64,000 bases of DNA, from NCBI GenBank assembly GCA_048013815.1, contig CM106585.1, forward strand, positions 19,902,001 through 19,966,000, read 5' to 3'. Positions 61,201 to 64,000 of the stretch are shown here, one piece after another; positions within the stretch are counted from its first letter, which is position 1, and every line of letters starts with the position of its first letter. The DNA comes from Setoptus koraiensis. Lineage: Eukaryota > Animalia > Arthropoda. The position numbers and the translations under genes were made by a program. Under the pieces are notes generated by a model. The model was not told the DNA's origin. It was given only the letters and a program-made list of their open reading frames with translations, and did not search any database.

Positions 61201-63567
61201 GTGAATCGCTGTGCCTGGTGGTGTGACTGGTGGTGCGACTGGTCAGTGTGCGCGGCACAGGGCACAAACTGACCAATTGGCGACAGTGTTGGCGCAATGC
61301 GCCGCCCCGGTTCGCTTGGTCAGTGCCTTTGGCCGATTGTGGCCAACGGTGGCCGATGCTGCGGCGACGTGCGCCGGGCGTCGCGAGCACGAAGCGGCGA
61401 CAATCGGCACAATTCGGCGACAATCGGCACAAATCGCCAAATCGGGGCCCCGTGCGCCGACGGGGCACAGCTGGAACAGGATGAGCGGTCTGTGGCGAGC
61501 GGTGAGAAAACTGGTTGTGTCCCGGTGCCGATCGGCGGTCATTGGCGGCCGCGTAGGTGCCGGCCACTGTCACTGTTGCTGGCACGCGGATGAGCGGGGA
61601 TGCGGGCACGATGAGCGGGCGCACGGCGGCAACGGCGCACGGGTGGCGTACGTGGGAAAAAACGCGACGCGGCCGGACAATTGGAGCGCGCGTCGCCCGT
61701 GGCCCGTTGCCCGTGGTGCCGGCATCGCCACTCGTCGTGCCAGTGACAGTGCCCGTTGCAAGGTGAGTGCTCTCACGGTGCGGCAACCCGCGCTCGCGGT
61801 GCGGCGGCCGCACGATAACGAGTTGACAGACTCTCTGTTGAGAGAGTTCACCCGTCGGCTTGACCGTGTGAGTTATGGGTGTGTGCGCCCGGTGAGAGCA
61901 TGAACGCGCAACATGTGCGGCGACAGTGCAAGTCGGCGTGCTTTGGGTCGGCGCTGCTAGGTGTCTCCCGTGGCGCCGTGGTTACGTAACAGCGGCCACT
62001 GGTCACTGCATATATAGAGAGTGCTCACGGCGGGCCGATAGCGCTGAGTGCGCCCAGTGCGCACAATGCCGGTGATGCGGCCGTGTTGACGTTCACTGCG
62101 GCTCTGGCCGCAACGCTGGCGATGCTGGCGCCGCGGTCATCGGTCAGCGACCGGTGAATGGAGAGTTTGTTCACCTGTGCGTTGCGCAACAAGCAGCGCC
62201 CAGCGGCGACCCGGCGCAGCGAGGTGAGAGACACCGCAGACAGGCCGCTGTTGGCCGCTGTCGAGCCACCGGCTGGCCAGCCAGCGAGACTCTTGAACTC
62301 TCGCGAGTCGCGAGTGGCCACTCGCGACGGACATATCATACATATTACGTAATGTGTGGTTGCAGTGCGCCGCTGAGCTTTCCATTTGGCGGCCGTCGGC
62401 GTGTCCAGTGCGGCGGCGGCGGCGGCCAGAATGAACTCTGTTGTGTGATGATTGGCCATTTGTTCGTCGTTGGCGCGTCGCGCTCACAAGCTCGTCGGCT
62501 CGCCGGCAACAGGTGGGACGGCGGCGCAACAAGTGAGACAACGACAGCGGCAAGCGAGACAGCAACAAGTGAGACAACGACACCGCAGACAAGCGAAATG
62601 GCGAGTCATTGTCCTGCGCCGGAGACAACAATTACTCTCGTTACGAGAGTCTCGTTGCTGTCTCGTCGCAAATCGTTCCAAGACTCGCCCCAGTGGATTG
62701 CGCAGGCGCGGCTTGCACGCCCAGTTCGGACGCAAATTGGCCGCAAATTGCGCAACGTCCGGTCGAGGCCGGCGCGACGAGCGAGCCTCCGCCCGCGCAC
62801 TTGCGCGTGCGGCGGAGGCGACCAGCGCTGCGCAAGTGCCCACGATTGCGCAATTCGTCAACGATTTGTCAAATATTGCCCGCGAGCGGCAACTGTGACA
62901 ACCGTCGCGACGACTGCCGACGATTGTTGCGCGTTTTGCACCGTTTACGCAACAGGACAGACTGCGCATTTTGGGCCGGTTACGCGACAGACTGCGCGTT
63001 TTGCGCTGCTTGGCGAGAGTGGCGCCGACGCAGCGCAGCGACAGCAGCGCCCGCGAGGGCGCAAAGGGTTGTGACTGACAATTGTGACGTTATTCTCGTC
63101 ACAATTGTGCGACAATTGTGACTGCTGTCAATGTATCGCTGCTGCAAATGTGCGCCAATTTCTGGCCATGGATCTATCGCGATCCAAGCGCCTGATAGAC
63201 AGATAACGAGCGCTGGCATTTGTCGAGCACTTTCGTTGGCCGCTTGTGTCCTATCGATGCGCCGATGGCGCCGATATCGACATTGGCTGGCATTCATTGG
63301 CATTGGAGCCGTCGCCGAGACCCGAGACTGTCAAATTGTGGAAAATTGTCAAAGGTCTGTTGGTCGTTTGATTTGTTTTGCAGCGATTTGTTTGTAAATA
63401 TAGTTTATATAGATAGTGGCAACTGCAGCGCAAATGGCAGCGCCGCGTGCGCAGCCAGTTCATGAGACAATCAATGGCGAATATAAACAACAACAACAAA
63501 CATCAAGTGGCTGGCGAGCATCATATGACCATTACATCACACAATGTCGCTGCTGATGTGACAGTGT

Positions 63568-63624
63568 GTCACTGGCTGTCACTGGCTGTCACTGGCTGTC
63601 ACTGGCTGTCACTGGCTGTCACTG
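63568..63624. repeat. 10-bp repeat (GTCACTGGCT) x5.5
   Basis: Read directly. Confidence 0.95.
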
Positions 63625-64000
63625 ATTGGCTGCCATGGGCTGCCTCGGGCTGGCAACAAACAAACGACAATCAGCCAACAGACAGCATTAACACCCACGC
63701 CAAATGTACACATTGTCAAGGAACAATGTCAACCTTGTTAGGCCGCTAGCAACAATTACACAATTTTCAATCAGCCAGCCATTCAAAATATCAACAGCGA
63801 GTCGATTGTCACACACACACTGATAACATCTAAATCTGATGACAACTTGTTAGCCTAATTAGAGCCATATCACTTTCGCTGGCGCTCAATCAATGTTGTG
63901 CCACTCATCGACGCTCTATGCACAACAACCGCATAGATTGATCTGGATTAGATGGCGTTGTGCCGCCGCCGCCGCCGATGCTATCTCGATATCTGTCACG

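Larger units (their letters stand above)
54254..62352. promoter_or_regulatory. Cluster of TTACGTAA (PAR-bZIP/E4BP4-type) palindromes
   Basis: Nine exact sites at 54254, 54994, 58735, 59080, 59089, 59193, 60025, 61982, 62345; function inferred. Confidence 0.5.

Noticed and set aside
60089-63121. Overlapping ORFs of 160-306 aa
   Set aside because: Multiple overlapping frames on both strands, low-complexity composition, no domain motifs
30964-63624. Tandem arrays as CRISPR-like repeats
   Set aside because: Units are directly adjacent with no unique spacers; eukaryotic context; no cas genes

Overview
Eukaryotic (arthropod) genomic DNA. The intron-poor, tightly packed genes suggest a streamlined acariform, possibly eriophyoid-type, mite genome; this is inference from gene content and architecture, not a database result. 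The window has three zones. (1) 1-6.4 kb: repeat-laden sequence with splice-like signals but no protein I can identify. (2) 6.5-30.9 kb: an AT-rich, gene-dense block with a secreted orphan, an intronless CD36/LIMP-2-type scavenger receptor, a quiver/sleepless Ly6 gene, a second secreted orphan, Cullin-2, a minimal YY1/pleiohomeotic, an orphan membrane protein, an asteroid/XPG-family protein, intronless POLR3A (RPC1) and the 3' part of Blimp-1/PRDM1. (3) 31-64 kb: a GC-richer, minisatellite-rich, largely non-coding domain 5' of Blimp-1 with one small secreted gene and one unexplained coding-like segment. Strongest novel signals: (a) zone 3 carries clusters of nuclear-receptor DR0/extended half-sites (TCAAGTTCA), an EcRE-type IR1 composite, PAR-bZIP palindromes (TTACGTAA) and ACAGGTR boxes, suggesting a moulting-timer cis-regulatory landscape for Blimp-1; (b) Blimp-1 seems cut to 3 zinc fingers with no PR domain visible; (c) a diverged duplicate exists both with and without an 0.8-kb segment carrying a secreted-protein gene, and its homology starts at TAGAGCTG, the same terminus as a 52-bp hAT-like MITE with an 8-bp TSD found nearby; (d) degenerate catalytic motifs in the asteroid homolog, a ~100-aa insert in quiver and a 169-aa YY1. 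No tRNA, rRNA or CRISPR array is supported. All motif counts were made by eye and need computational confirmation.
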